IMG/VR virus record: IMGVR_UViG_3300024989_000227
Origin: an uncultured virus (IMG/VR IMGVR_UViG_3300024989_000227)
Taxonomy: Duplodnaviria; Heunggongvirae; Uroviricota; Caudoviricetes
DNA: 64,000 bases
Reading direction: 5' to 3' (one strand)
Part shown: one piece after another, positions 17,866 through 27,548 of the stretch
How positions within the stretch are numbered: position 1 is the stretch's first letter
Layout of the letters: each line of letters starts with the position of its first letter
Made by a program: the position numbers and the translations under genes
The notes under the pieces: model-generated
Databases searched by the model: none
Seen by the model: only the letters and a program-made list of their open reading frames with translations
Told to the model about the DNA's origin: nothing

Positions 17866-19389
17866 CTACTGAACATTGATCGATGTCAGATTTATTTTCT
17901 GAACGCTTTGGCCGTCACAATACCAGAATGTGATCGGCGGACTTCCGCGCGCGGCCCGTACTTGTGGGTTCGCATCGAGACATTGGAAATACCAACCTTG
18001 TTGCTGCAGCGTGTCGCTGATCTTCACGCCGGCCGCCGAGTTGACCTGCGCGATCTGGGATTGCGAGAGTGTCACGCCAGGTCGAAACGCTCCAAAGTTG
18101 AGGCCCTGATTGATCACGTCGAGGCAGGCCGCCTCGATCATGGCGTAGCCGGCCGCGTTGTAGGGAATCGACTTCGCAGAGGTGAGGAGCACCATCAGCG
18201 CAAGCTGCAGCTGGTTGTTGAGCCAAATCTCGTTGATGTAGCTGTCCATCCAGAGGAATGGGCCGGACACCGATCCCGGATACAGGAACACGAATTGGTC
18301 GTTCGCGGTCGCGTATGCGCCATAGAAGTTATAGCCGTTGGCGATCAGGTTTTGCGCGGCTGACGCATTGGTGCAGGTCGCGGCAAGGCCGGACTGGCTC
18401 TTGAAGGCGAAGGTGATGCGGCCATTGTGTTCGTTGAAGTCGATCGAGGCCCCGGCGCCGCAGACATAGGCTGCGTGCGTGAAATCGACCGTATTTACGA
18501 CGTCGCTGCCGATCAGGCAGGTCCCGGAATAGTTGTTGCCGAGCGTGCCGATTAGATAGCCGAGGCTGGCAGTTGCAGGAACAACAGTTGAGGCCGAATC
18601 GTCAGTGTCCCAGCAGACATACGCGTAGCGATTGTTCTTGCTATTGGTCCACGCTGCGAAAGCCAGCTTGTTGACGTTGCCACTGACATCCGGATCGAAG
18701 ATCGTCATGAACGTGGCCCAGTCCTGGGTGACATTGACGATGCCATCCATGAACGGCCCGGGTTCGGCTGCGGCAGCGCCTTGCGAGATCAGCGCACCAG
18801 TTGCTTGAGTGAGTTTCAGATTGGTGGCCAGGGCGTTGGTGGTCGCGAACGATAGCGTGGAGCTGGCGCCGGTCGCCGTATTCGTGAAGACGAATGCTCC
18901 TGAAACCGAGTCGAACGCCACGGTGAACCCGGGCGACGTGAACGCGGTCTGGATAATCGTCGCGGCGTTGGAGAACGACGTTGCCGCGGAAAGGTCGATC
19001 GACGACGACGTTTTCGGCGTACCTCCAACGCTGATAGTGAGGGTGCCAGCCGGGAAAGCCTTCAGCGTGGCCAGCGGCACGCCGGCGAGCGACCCGCCGC
19101 GGAGAAATGCCGCCACGTCGGCGGTGTTGTACTGCGCGTAGTAGACCTTCGACGGTTTCACGTTCGAATTGTTGAAGCCGAGAAAGTAGTTGATCGCGGC
19201 CTTGTATTCGTCCGACGACAGCCCGAAGTAGGCGCCCACGTCCGCATCATCAGCGAACGGCTGGACCACGCCGATCGGTACGCGCGGGCTGGTGGTGAGG
19301 ATGACACCGACGATGTCGAGCGCCTGTCCACCGGCAGCAAGAACGTTCGGCGTAACCTGAACGATTTGGGAGGCGGGAATCGTGGTCAT
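17866..19389 (-). CDS. Tail sheath protein (DUF3383 family)
   Basis: IPASQIVQVTP, QDWATF, GRITFAFKSQSGL, WMDSYINEIW and RAARGSP motifs. Confidence 0.9.
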   Translation of the reverse strand: MTTIPASQIVQVTPNVLAAGGQALDIVGVILTTSPRVPIGVVQPFADDADVGAYFGLSSDEYKAAINYFLGFNNSNVKPSKVYYAQYNTADVAAFLRGGSLAGVPLATLKAFPAGTLTISVGGTPKTSSSIDLSAATSFSNAATIIQTAFTSPGFTVAFDSVSGAFVFTNTATGASSTLSFATTNALATNLKLTQATGALISQGAAAAEPGPFMDGIVNVTQDWATFMTIFDPDVSGNVNKLAFAAWTNSKNNRYAYVCWDTDDSASTVVPATASLGYLIGTLGNNYSGTCLIGSDVVNTVDFTHAAYVCGAGASIDFNEHNGRITFAFKSQSGLAATCTNASAAQNLIANGYNFYGAYATANDQFVFLYPGSVSGPFLWMDSYINEIWLNNQLQLALMVLLTSAKSIPYNAAGYAMIEAACLDVINQGLNFGAFRPGVTLSQSQIAQVNSAAGVKISDTLQQQGWYFQCLDANPQVRAARGSPPITFWYCDGQSVQKINLTSINVQ

Positions 19390-19399
19390 CTATGCTTCC

Positions 19400-20125
19400 T
19401 CATGGTGGGTAGCTGGCATCGACGTTGATGACGCCGACGACTGCGGTGTCGGCGAATTGCTGTGGCACTCCGACGGCCGCGTCGACCTGCAAGCAGGCTT
19501 CGACGATCCAGCGGTCCTCGTACTGGTTCTCGCCGTTGATGAATGCCATCTGCCTGGGGTCGTCGGCGTGCAGCGGGACGACAAGATCGTCTAGCGCCGC
19601 GAATGCGCTCACGGCGTATGCGTCTCGAAACAATGTTGAAATCGTCTGCGCGTTGTCGGCCGAGGCTGGGCCGTGGATATCGAGCTGGAATACCAGCTTT
19701 GTGGGCTGCAGAATATTCTGCACGCCGTCGGCCATGACACGCTGCGACAGGTCCTGTGAAGGCGAGACTATGTAAGTACCAGGTCCGCCCGACCCATTGC
19801 CCAGTGCGATGACCTGAGTGCCCGGCGCGACGCCGGTGCCGAAGACGTAGCGGCCAATAACGATGGCGCCGAAATCGACTTCGTCGACCGTCATGGTGTC
19901 GCCAACGATCGATCCAACAAAACGTGCATCGGCATAAGTGTCGATGTTGGTCTCGATCCTCTCGCGGCGGATCGCCGTTATGATGACGAAGTCGTTTGTC
20001 TCCGGCTCAGGAACGCGATTGTCCTGACCCTCTATGACCTCGGTTCCGTCAGGCAGGATGGACAGCAGAAACGACCGCAGAGCGACTTGTACCCGCGACT
20101 GAGCCGGCGCGACGGTCAGATTCAC
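19400..20125 (-). CDS. Tail terminator / neck protein with an inserted beta module
   Basis: GQDNRVPEP, FQLDIHG, TLFRD and ENQYEDRW motifs; synteny. Confidence 0.75.
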   Translation of the reverse strand: MNLTVAPAQSRVQVALRSFLLSILPDGTEVIEGQDNRVPEPETNDFVIITAIRRERIETNIDTYADARFVGSIVGDTMTVDEVDFGAIVIGRYVFGTGVAPGTQVIALGNGSGGPGTYIVSPSQDLSQRVMADGVQNILQPTKLVFQLDIHGPASADNAQTISTLFRDAYAVSAFAALDDLVVPLHADDPRQMAFINGENQYEDRWIVEACLQVDAAVGVPQQFADTAVVGVINVDASYPP

Positions 20126-20149
20126 CGGTTGAAATCCATGTCGGGGCTC

Positions 20150-20530
20150 TCAGTTCTGCAGCGTGATCGCGATTTTGCACCAATCGGGCCACTGCTCGAG
20201 GACTAGCGCGCAAAGCCAGGTGTCGCCTTCCGGTAGCGTGCCAGGCGCGAAGGTGATCAGGTCGCCCCCCTTACCGGCAACGCGGATCACGCCGGCGACG
20301 AAGCCGTTGGTGTAGATGGCTCGCCGTGTGCCTTGGATGTTGAGACCGTCGAGTTGGGTCAGGTCGCGGAACGTCAGAGCCTGCACTTGAGCGTCGATTG
20401 GCATCGGGTCAAACGTCGGGGTCCGCTTGCCATCCGGCGCGGTGGAGTATCCCGTGCTGACTTCCACGACCGCCGAGACGAAGGGATTGATCGAACCGAT
20501 CGCACCGCTGACAATCTGGTGCAGGTTCAT
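20150..20530 (-). CDS. Head-tail adaptor / head closure protein
   Basis: MNLHQIV..AI..INP, QVQAL, GGDL and EQWPDW motifs. Confidence 0.75.
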   Translation of the reverse strand: MNLHQIVSGAIGSINPFVSAVVEVSTGYSTAPDGKRTPTFDPMPIDAQVQALTFRDLTQLDGLNIQGTRRAIYTNGFVAGVIRVAGKGGDLITFAPGTLPEGDTWLCALVLEQWPDWCKIAITLQN

Positions 20531-21072
20531 TTGCTGACTACTTCGTAATCGACGCTGTTTTCCATATGACCCGTGTCGACAAGGGGTTTTGTCGATGCGC
20601 CGTAATTGGTCTTGCCCTCGGCCACGCGTTGCGCGGCTTCGCCGACCGTTTTCCCGGACACGACAAGGTCTGGATCATTTGATCGCATCCCGCGCAACAT
20701 CACGGTGACGGGGCTGAGCGCCGGCGCGTTCGTGTCAATGATGCTCTCTTGCAGCTGGCCCTTGATGCCTTCGCCCATCTGCCCGAGCGTTTGCTCGGAA
20801 TCGTAGTCGTTTTGCTTGAGCAGGACGCCCAGAGCGGCGGGCCACTCGGGGCCCTTCTTCGCGACCATGCTGCGAAAGTAGGGACGAGGCGGGATGCCAA
20901 CCTTGGGTGCGCCGAACTCATCGATCGCGGCAACCATCGCTACGGAAGTGCCGTCGGGATAGGTTGCGTTTTCAAGAAAGCCGACTTTCACCGATGCAGC
21001 CTTGGAGACATTGGCCGATATCTTTTTCAGCGCCGCTTCGAGTTTTTCGCCGCCTTTGATCTCGACCGGCAT
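20527..21072 (-). CDS. Neck / tail completion protein
   Basis: VKVGFLENATYPDG, IPPRPYFR and KPLVDTGHM motifs; ATG 21072. Confidence 0.75.
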   Translation of the reverse strand: MPVEIKGGEKLEAALKKISANVSKAASVKVGFLENATYPDGTSVAMVAAIDEFGAPKVGIPPRPYFRSMVAKKGPEWPAALGVLLKQNDYDSEQTLGQMGEGIKGQLQESIIDTNAPALSPVTVMLRGMRSNDPDLVVSGKTVGEAAQRVAEGKTNYGASTKPLVDTGHMENSVDYEVVSK

Positions 21073-21524
21073 CAGTTTTGCCAATACAGCCAGGCGCCAC
21101 CAGCCGGCGCGTTCACGCCGTAGCGCGGCCTTGGCAGATAGCGCATGGTCCGATAGGGCGCCGTCGCGAGCCAATAATCTGAGCCGTACTTGGTCTGCTG
21201 AAACCATTGCACGGTACCGGGCGGATAGTCGTTCTGGGTCGACGCCGAAACAGATCCTTCGGTGGCGCCGGTGAGCCGGCCGACGAGACCGCCGGAAGGC
21301 TGCGCGCTGCCGGCCGGTGCCGAATAGCGAGCCGCGATATGCGCGGTCATCATGTTCAGAAGAACCGATTGCACGGTCGGGTCATTGACCGGTCCGCCAC
21401 CATCGTTGCGATGGTAGACCGACGCCTCGGCAAAGTATTGCTGGGCCGTCGGTTGTGTCACGTTGGCGAATTCGGGATAGCGGGCGACCCAGGCGTCATA
21501 GCTGAATTGGACGATGACACCCAT
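21072..21524 (-). CDS. Head-tail connector (DUF4054 family)
   Basis: RYPEF, LNMMTAH, GRLTGATEGSVS and WFQQTKYG..YW motifs; ATG 21524. Confidence 0.8.
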   Translation of the reverse strand: MGVIVQFSYDAWVARYPEFANVTQPTAQQYFAEASVYHRNDGGGPVNDPTVQSVLLNMMTAHIAARYSAPAGSAQPSGGLVGRLTGATEGSVSASTQNDYPPGTVQWFQQTKYGSDYWLATAPYRTMRYLPRPRYGVNAPAGGAWLYWQN

Positions 21525-21540
21525 GGGATCGCCCTTCCGC

Positions 21541-22002
21541 TCAGGCCGCGTCTTCCGTGACGGTCTCGACTTGTTTCGGGAAGCGCGGATCGACGGGAAC
21601 GGACTTGCCGTCCTTGATGACGCGCGCCGGATTGAGAGGCTCAAGGCCGCTTCGGAGTCCCTTGCATTCCTTGGCCTGATCGGCAACGAAGCTCTCGGTC
21701 TCATGAGCAAAGACCAGGCCGTTCTTCACGGCGTCGAGATCGGCATTGGCATCGATCCACGCGGCGAAGAATTCAGCGTCGATACCGGGGGTCAAAGCGT
21801 AGCCGCCGACGATCAGGCAGGGGGGCGTCTTTCCGAATGGCACGGCGGTGCCATGAATCCTGACGGTCTCGCCGACCTGTTCGGCTCGGGTGGTTTTCTT
21901 GCGGCCGCCACCCATGACCATTTCGTGGTGTTCGACCATCTTGAAGTTGCGCAGCAGCAGGCCGTTCGGGGTCTTGCAGGCCACGGTGACAGTGTTCGAC
22001 AT
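21541..22002 (-). CDS. Conserved head-associated protein
   Basis: VTVACKTPNGL, GYALT and SGLEPL motifs; CAGGAG RBS; follows the capsid gene. Confidence 0.7.
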   Translation of the reverse strand: MSNTVTVACKTPNGLLLRNFKMVEHHEMVMGGGRKKTTRAEQVGETVRIHGTAVPFGKTPPCLIVGGYALTPGIDAEFFAAWIDANADLDAVKNGLVFAHETESFVADQAKECKGLRSGLEPLNPARVIKDGKSVPVDPRFPKQVETVTEDAA

Positions 22003-22066
22003 TGGGTACTCTCCTGGAAATGGCGGGCATTCGAGCCCGCCCAGCCTGTCGGAATGGGTGTTGCCT

Positions 22067-23164
22067 CTAGACGCCGACCATCGACGCAAAGGCAACCGGC
22101 ATCCGGACGACGGCGCCCCATGTGCCTGCGGTCAGCTTCTGCTTGAAGCTCGAAAGACCGCGCACGATCGGGTGCGAGCGCATCTTCTCGTTGAACGCGC
22201 AGTAGCCGGTGTCCTGGCCCTCGACGTTTTCAGCAATCATCTGCACCATGTTGCCGGCAGCCACGCCTTGCGGGTTCGACGCCGACAGGACGCCGTATTG
22301 GACAGCCGTCTCGAAGCGGATGTTGGGGAAGTTCTTCTTGAGCAGATCATAGACGTTGACGTTGAAGCTGTTGGTCGCGGTCAGCGCCACGGCCGATCCG
22401 GGCGACATTGCCAGCACAAGCTTGCTGTCGGCCTGAATAAGACCCCCGCTTTGCTGGACGAGCTGGAAGAAGATTGCCTGAATGTCGGCGTAGATTTCGT
22501 TGGCGGTCGCAACGATCTGTCCATTGTTGATCCACTTCACGCCACCGGCGGCCTTTGTTGCCGGCGTGAGAGATGCCCCAAGGTTGGGATCGTTGAGCAG
22601 GCCGTAGTTCTGCAAGCCTTGAACCCCGAAGAAGTAGGTCAGGTTCTGGAACTTATTCAGCACCGTGGCCGCGGCCTGATCGATCTCGGAGACCCAATTG
22701 ATGCGGGCCAGGCCAGCGCGCTCGAGCTCGCGCTCACCATATTCCTTGATGACCTGGAACAGATACGACTGCCGCTGCGGCCAGTTGGTGTTGACGCCGG
22801 CGTGCCCGTTCTCGGCGAAGTCGCCGTAGCTCGACACTTCGCCGGTGTGTTCGACCACCGGGAACATCGCTGTCTCGTCGAGCCATGTGCCCTTGCGATT
22901 TTCGCCGAGAATCTCGGCCGCCTTGTTCGGGGCAAACAGGATCTTGTAGACTGCGGGATCAATCATGGTAGTGAGCATGGCGGGCACGGCCGAGTTCGGA
23001 TCGGTCGTGAGTGCGGGTTGCGCGTCCATCGCGAGCGCGTAGTTGGTCTTGAAGCCATCCGGAATATAGGCAACGACTTCGGCGCCCGGCTGCCAGCTGA
23101 CGCCGAGAGCCTCAAGGCGCGGCGCATCCGCGCGGAAAGCCGCCATTGCTTCTTCAAAGGTCAT
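22067..23164 (-). CDS. Major capsid protein (DUF2184 family, HK97 fold)
   Basis: AMDAQP, SYGDF..NG, RQSYLFQ, YGERE and NYGLLNDPNL motifs. Confidence 0.9.
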   Translation of the reverse strand: MTFEEAMAAFRADAPRLEALGVSWQPGAEVVAYIPDGFKTNYALAMDAQPALTTDPNSAVPAMLTTMIDPAVYKILFAPNKAAEILGENRKGTWLDETAMFPVVEHTGEVSSYGDFAENGHAGVNTNWPQRQSYLFQVIKEYGERELERAGLARINWVSEIDQAAATVLNKFQNLTYFFGVQGLQNYGLLNDPNLGASLTPATKAAGGVKWINNGQIVATANEIYADIQAIFFQLVQQSGGLIQADSKLVLAMSPGSAVALTATNSFNVNVYDLLKKNFPNIRFETAVQYGVLSASNPQGVAAGNMVQMIAENVEGQDTGYCAFNEKMRSHPIVRGLSSFKQKLTAGTWGAVVRMPVAFASMVGV

Positions 23165-23231
23165 TTCAATTCTCCGCTGAATCGCCGGCAGCTAGGGCCG
23201 CGCTTGGGATGAAAGTGGGAAGCTCGGCGAC

Positions 23232-24179
23232 TTAGCCGAGCGGATGATCGCTGATCTTGACGAGTTCGCCGGCGAGGCCCGGCGACATGCAGACCCACTT
23301 GGTCTCGACGCTGGTGCCTGCCGTGATCGCGGTGCTGGAGACGACGGTGTTGTTGTCGACGATGTACGTGCCGGCGCCGCCGGTGCCGGTGCCGAGCGCG
23401 GTGATGGTGGTGCCAGCCACGACGCTGGCACCCGACAACGTGTCGCCGACGCCGAACGCACCGACGACCGTACCGCCGACGGTCAAGGTGCCGTAACCAC
23501 CGGTCATCGCCTCACTGGTGACGGTTTGTTCGGGGATGTTCAGCGCGTAGGTGCCGATACCACCGGCAGTACCGGACAACTGCGATACAACTTTGGTGCC
23601 GGATGCGACACCCGTACCGGCGACAGTCGTGCCGGGAACGATCGTGCCGGACGACACCGCCGTGACGGTCATCACGTTGCCCGCGATCGAGGCGGTGAAG
23701 CCGTTGGTCGCGGCTGCGATCGACGAGGCGCTGCCCGATGCAGTACCGGGAGCACCGGAGGCGGCGAACGTCGCCTTGCCATCGGCGTAGTTGGCGTAAG
23801 CCTTCATGCCGATCTGCGCGAGACCCGCACCGTCGTTCCTGACCCAGAAACCGCCACCGCTCATCAAGGTGATGGCGAAGCCCGCCGGCACCTTCATGCT
23901 GGCGTCGGCCAGATAATCGGTGATGAGGCCCTGCTGCTCGCGATGCACGAACCCGGTGACCGGGCCCGAGCCGGTGTTGTTGACGACGGCCGGCGCGTTG
24001 TCGCCGTCCAACTGCGACGGATTCCACCACGCGAAGCGGCCCACGATGACACCGCTGGCGCCTGCGACCAAACCACCCGGACCGGCATCAACCGAATATC
24101 GCGGGTTGGCGTCGCAGAAATCACCGGCGACGGCGGGCGCCGGATTGACATTCACTTGGGTCTGAAAACCACCTGACAT
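23232..24179 (-). CDS. Head decoration/cement protein with two inserted beta modules
   Basis: FQTQVN..PAPAVAGDF, GFVHREQQG and ETKW...GELVKIS motifs; upstream of the capsid gene. Confidence 0.8.
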   Translation of the reverse strand: MSGGFQTQVNVNPAPAVAGDFCDANPRYSVDAGPGGLVAGASGVIVGRFAWWNPSQLDGDNAPAVVNNTGSGPVTGFVHREQQGLITDYLADASMKVPAGFAITLMSGGGFWVRNDGAGLAQIGMKAYANYADGKATFAASGAPGTASGSASSIAAATNGFTASIAGNVMTVTAVSSGTIVPGTTVAGTGVASGTKVVSQLSGTAGGIGTYALNIPEQTVTSEAMTGGYGTLTVGGTVVGAFGVGDTLSGASVVAGTTITALGTGTGGAGTYIVDNNTVVSSTAITAGTSVETKWVCMSPGLAGELVKISDHPLG

Positions 24180-24247
24180 CTGATTGTTCCTTCAAGGTAA
24201 GACGTTGCGGTGCCGGCGCGATTGCGCGCCAGCGTGAAGCGGTTGGG

Positions 24248-26260
24248 CTAGACGGTCTTGATGCGATCAGCGCCGGGGAAGCGTTCAGCGAAGCTCTTGG
24301 CGGCCGCAGCGTCCATGGCGACGACGGTGGCCACCTTTTTGCCGGTACCGGGGATCGGTTGCGCAGCAAGCAGCGCCGGGTAGGCGGAGGCATCGATCTT
24401 CTCGACGTCTTTGACGCCGAGCGAAGAGAGGGCAGTGCGGTACACTGCGGCGGCGCTGTCATGCGCCATGGCGAGGTCGCCGATATACGGCCGCACCGCG
24501 CGTTCCGCATCGCGGATCTCGCGTTGCGTCTTAGCAGCGGTCTCGTTGGCCGATTTGACCGCGGCCTTGATCGCTGCATCCATCGCCGGCTTGGTGACCA
24601 TATCCTTCGTCTTGTCGGCGTCGTCCTGCGCGCGCTGGGCTTCCTCAGCCTCACGCTTTTTCTTCTCTTCCTCAGTCTCATCTTCGTCGGCGGCGCCGGT
24701 GGGTGACGCGAGGGCGCATGCCTTGGCGATATCCTCTTCGCTCAGCTTGCCGGTGAGGAAGGCTTTCAGCTCCTCATTTCCCGCGTCCATCGAGGTGTCG
24801 TCGGGATTGGCGACGATCGGCAGTCCGCTGTTGGGATCGGTGTCGGCGCCCTCGACGCTTTCGACTTTTTCGAGCGCGTCAACGAGCTCGATCACGTCGT
24901 CGATGCTGGCATCCTGGGCGAGCTTCCCCTTGGTGCCGTCCTTGATCGCCGTGACGATCGACGCCTTCTTGGTCTTGAAGTTCTTATCGGTCAGTCCGAC
25001 CAGTGCTGGCGCCAGATCGATCTTGGCGTCCTGCGCCAGCTTCGGCTTCAGCGCGATCATGAGCGCGCCCAGCGCAACGGAACCCTTGCGGGTCAGCAAT
25101 ACTTTCGACATTTCGAAGTTCTCCTGAAGTTTGGGGATTGCCTGGTCGCCGACGACCACATCGGAGCCGGCTCTGCCTTCTCGCACTAACGCGACGTGGT
25201 TCCCGACGAGGTCGCGCATGACGCCGTCGTATGCTTCGCCCTCGAATGTCCCGGGCGTCATGTCAGCGCGGTACCGGTACGCGCTGGACAATTCCTTCTG
25301 ATCTTCGGATTCGACAGCCTCGATGGCGTCACGCGCCCAGATGATCAGGCTGTTCTGCAGATATGGCGCCGCGAACGCGGCATCGGTGCCGAGCGACCCG
25401 ATCACCAGGCCGGGCTGATGATCGTCGGCCGAGACGGGCACGTGACGTGACAGCAGCGGGATGTTGTTGAATGTCGCTGCGGCCTTCTCAAGTTCTTCGG
25501 GGTCGCGCAGCAATTTGTAACGCTTGTCGGCGTTAAGACCGAGCGCTTGCCAGTCTGGAATCTCGCGGCCGATATATTCGTTGATTGCAGCCTTGCTGAT
25601 GTTCGTGGTGGCGACGTGCAGGCGACCGTCGCGGTCGTAGGTACGTACTGAGGCGCGATCGAGCGCCATGTCGCTGGCGTGAGCCGCTTCTTCCTGCTCG
25701 CTGGCCCACTTCACCAGATTGTCGCGCAACTTGGTCCAGTCCTCCGGCGGCATGTCGGCTGAGACACCGACGTTTTCGCCAAGCAGTTTTGCGACCTGCG
25801 GATGAAGTGGTGCGGGCAGGTGCTGCGGATCGGCCCATGTGAAACCGGTATGCTCGCCGTCCTTCATGGCCGGCGCGAATTTCTCGTTCGCCGGTGCCGC
25901 GAAGGTCGTGAAGATCATTCCGGTCGGCGTCTTGACCCGCGCCATGGTCCTGAGCGCACCATTGTATCGATGGCCGGTCTCTTCCTCGGTCTCGCGTCGC
26001 GCAGCCTGGTCAGGCGTCTCGCCGTCCGCTGCCTTTCCACCCGGCAGCCCCCAATGGCCGCCAAAGTTCTTTTCGTCAGGCGCGCGGTGCATCAGCAGCA
26101 CGCGACCATCGGGCGCGACGAACAGCACTCCGGCGGCCTGCGGCGCGGCGGCATCAGCGGCCACAAATTCTTCGCCGACCCGTTTCGGAATCCCGAGCGT
26201 GCCGTGGCCGTGCGCCGCCGCTTCCATCGCACGGTGCTGGGCAGCTGACACGCTTGGCAT
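24248..26260 (-). CDS. Nudix hydrolase fused to DUF2213 prohead protease/scaffold
   Basis: Nudix box GKAADGETPDQAARRETEEETG; DGRLHV..NISKA, ELSSAY and NHVALV..GRAG motifs; acidic scaffold tail with AMDA repeats. Confidence 0.88.
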   Translation of the reverse strand: MPSVSAAQHRAMEAAAHGHGTLGIPKRVGEEFVAADAAAPQAAGVLFVAPDGRVLLMHRAPDEKNFGGHWGLPGGKAADGETPDQAARRETEEETGHRYNGALRTMARVKTPTGMIFTTFAAPANEKFAPAMKDGEHTGFTWADPQHLPAPLHPQVAKLLGENVGVSADMPPEDWTKLRDNLVKWASEQEEAAHASDMALDRASVRTYDRDGRLHVATTNISKAAINEYIGREIPDWQALGLNADKRYKLLRDPEELEKAAATFNNIPLLSRHVPVSADDHQPGLVIGSLGTDAAFAAPYLQNSLIIWARDAIEAVESEDQKELSSAYRYRADMTPGTFEGEAYDGVMRDLVGNHVALVREGRAGSDVVVGDQAIPKLQENFEMSKVLLTRKGSVALGALMIALKPKLAQDAKIDLAPALVGLTDKNFKTKKASIVTAIKDGTKGKLAQDASIDDVIELVDALEKVESVEGADTDPNSGLPIVANPDDTSMDAGNEELKAFLTGKLSEEDIAKACALASPTGAADEDETEEEKKKREAEEAQRAQDDADKTKDMVTKPAMDAAIKAAVKSANETAAKTQREIRDAERAVRPYIGDLAMAHDSAAAVYRTALSSLGVKDVEKIDASAYPALLAAQPIPGTGKKVATVVAMDAAAAKSFAERFPGADRIKTV

Positions 26261-26270
26261 GATGAAATCC

Positions 26271-26732
26271 TCAGACCATGTGCCGGATTTGGGCTTCGAT
26301 CTTGGTGACCCGGTCCGTCAATTCGGAACCACTGGAGTGGCGCAGCTGCTCGAGCTCGGCGCCGATCGCGGCGATATCGATCTTGAGTTTGTTCAGATCG
26401 GCAGCGATGTCATCGCGGTTCGACCGCGCCGCGAACTGCTCTTGTAGCGGCGCGACCGCGTCGGACTTGAACTGCTCAAGGCGAGCTTCGATGCTCTCGA
26501 CATGCTGCTGCAGCGCGTCGTGAACCTGCTCGAGCAATTTGCCCGCGGCTTCCGCGTCCAAGGGCACCACAACTTCGTGAGTGCGGCCCGCTTTGGGTTC
26601 GTCGGCACCGCCCATGTCGGCGCTCGAGCCTTCGGCAGTGTCTTGGTCAGTTCCGGCAATACCGGTTCCGGCGTCGGCAGTCTGCTGCGTAACCACGGTC
26701 AGCTCTCCGGTCGTCTCGGTCTCGCTCGTCAT
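26271..26732 (-). CDS. Hypothetical coiled-coil protein
   Basis: GAGG RBS; acidic N-terminus and heptad-like C-terminus. Confidence 0.65.
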   Translation of the reverse strand: MTSETETTGELTVVTQQTADAGTGIAGTDQDTAEGSSADMGGADEPKAGRTHEVVVPLDAEAAGKLLEQVHDALQQHVESIEARLEQFKSDAVAPLQEQFAARSNRDDIAADLNKLKIDIAAIGAELEQLRHSSGSELTDRVTKIEAQIRHMV

Positions 26733-26741
26733 GTGCCGTCC

Positions 26742-27548
26742 TCAGTTGAACCCAGGAATGATGGATATTGACACGCACCGGCAGTTCGGCTCCTCGCCCG
26801 GAAAGATGAACTTCTTCACGGCTGGGTCGTACATGCCTTGCGTCACGTCGTAGGTCTTGCCGTTCATCGCGACGTGGGTCGGACGAGGGTGCTTGCCGCC
26901 TCCGGAGTGCCGCCACTTCGCGGTGGTGACGCCAAGTTCGTCCTGCCGTGCGCGGTTTAGCGACGCGGTGGCCTTGTTGTTCTGATCGCGTGCGATGAAC
27001 GCGGCGCGGCGGCGGGTGATACCGAATTCTTTTTGCAGATCGGTGGTGAGTGAGCCAAGATCGCGGCCGGTTTGCACCGAGCGCATCACCATGCCTTCGA
27101 CGTTGGTGAAATACTGTGAGGGAATCGATTTGATCAGCGCAACGTTCTGGTTGACCGTGGCCTCGAAGATATCACGCTGCGCCTTTGTCATCTTGAACTG
27201 GACGCTGAAGCCACCCTTTTTCAGGATCGACCGCAGTGTAGCGTCGCTTCGTTCCGACACAGCAACGCTGAAATACTCAGCGAGCGCCGGTGCAGCCTCA
27301 TCGAACTGTTTCTGCCATCGAGCTGCCAATTTTCGAATTGCGGCGCGCAGTGCGTTGGACGGCAGCGCGTCGTCCTGGGCGATGATCGGCTCGTTCGCCT
27401 TGTACGATGCCGACAGCCAGTACCTGACCGACTTGTTCATCTCGTCGATCAGCTTCAGGAGCTTGCGCTGGTAGGCCTGCTCGATGCCGGCGTTCGGATG
27501 GACCGGGCGAAGAGTGATTTCCTTCGCCGTCTTGTTGCGCAGTTTCAC
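26742..27548 (-). CDS. Minor head morphogenesis protein (Mu F / SPP1 gp7 family)
   Basis: RAAFIARDQNNK, WRHS..RPTH and PGEEPNCRC motifs. Confidence 0.9.
   Translation of the reverse strand: MKLRNKTAKEITLRPVHPNAGIEQAYQRKLLKLIDEMNKSVRYWLSASYKANEPIIAQDDALPSNALRAAIRKLAARWQKQFDEAAPALAEYFSVAVSERSDATLRSILKKGGFSVQFKMTKAQRDIFEATVNQNVALIKSIPSQYFTNVEGMVMRSVQTGRDLGSLTTDLQKEFGITRRRAAFIARDQNNKATASLNRARQDELGVTTAKWRHSGGGKHPRPTHVAMNGKTYDVTQGMYDPAVKKFIFPGEEPNCRCVSISIIPGFN

Noticed and set aside
21890..24176. Long plus-strand ORFs (440 aa and 310 aa) opposite the capsid and decoration genes
   Set aside because: Shadow ORFs of high-GC genes with no motifs; the same applies to most other antisense ORFs in the track
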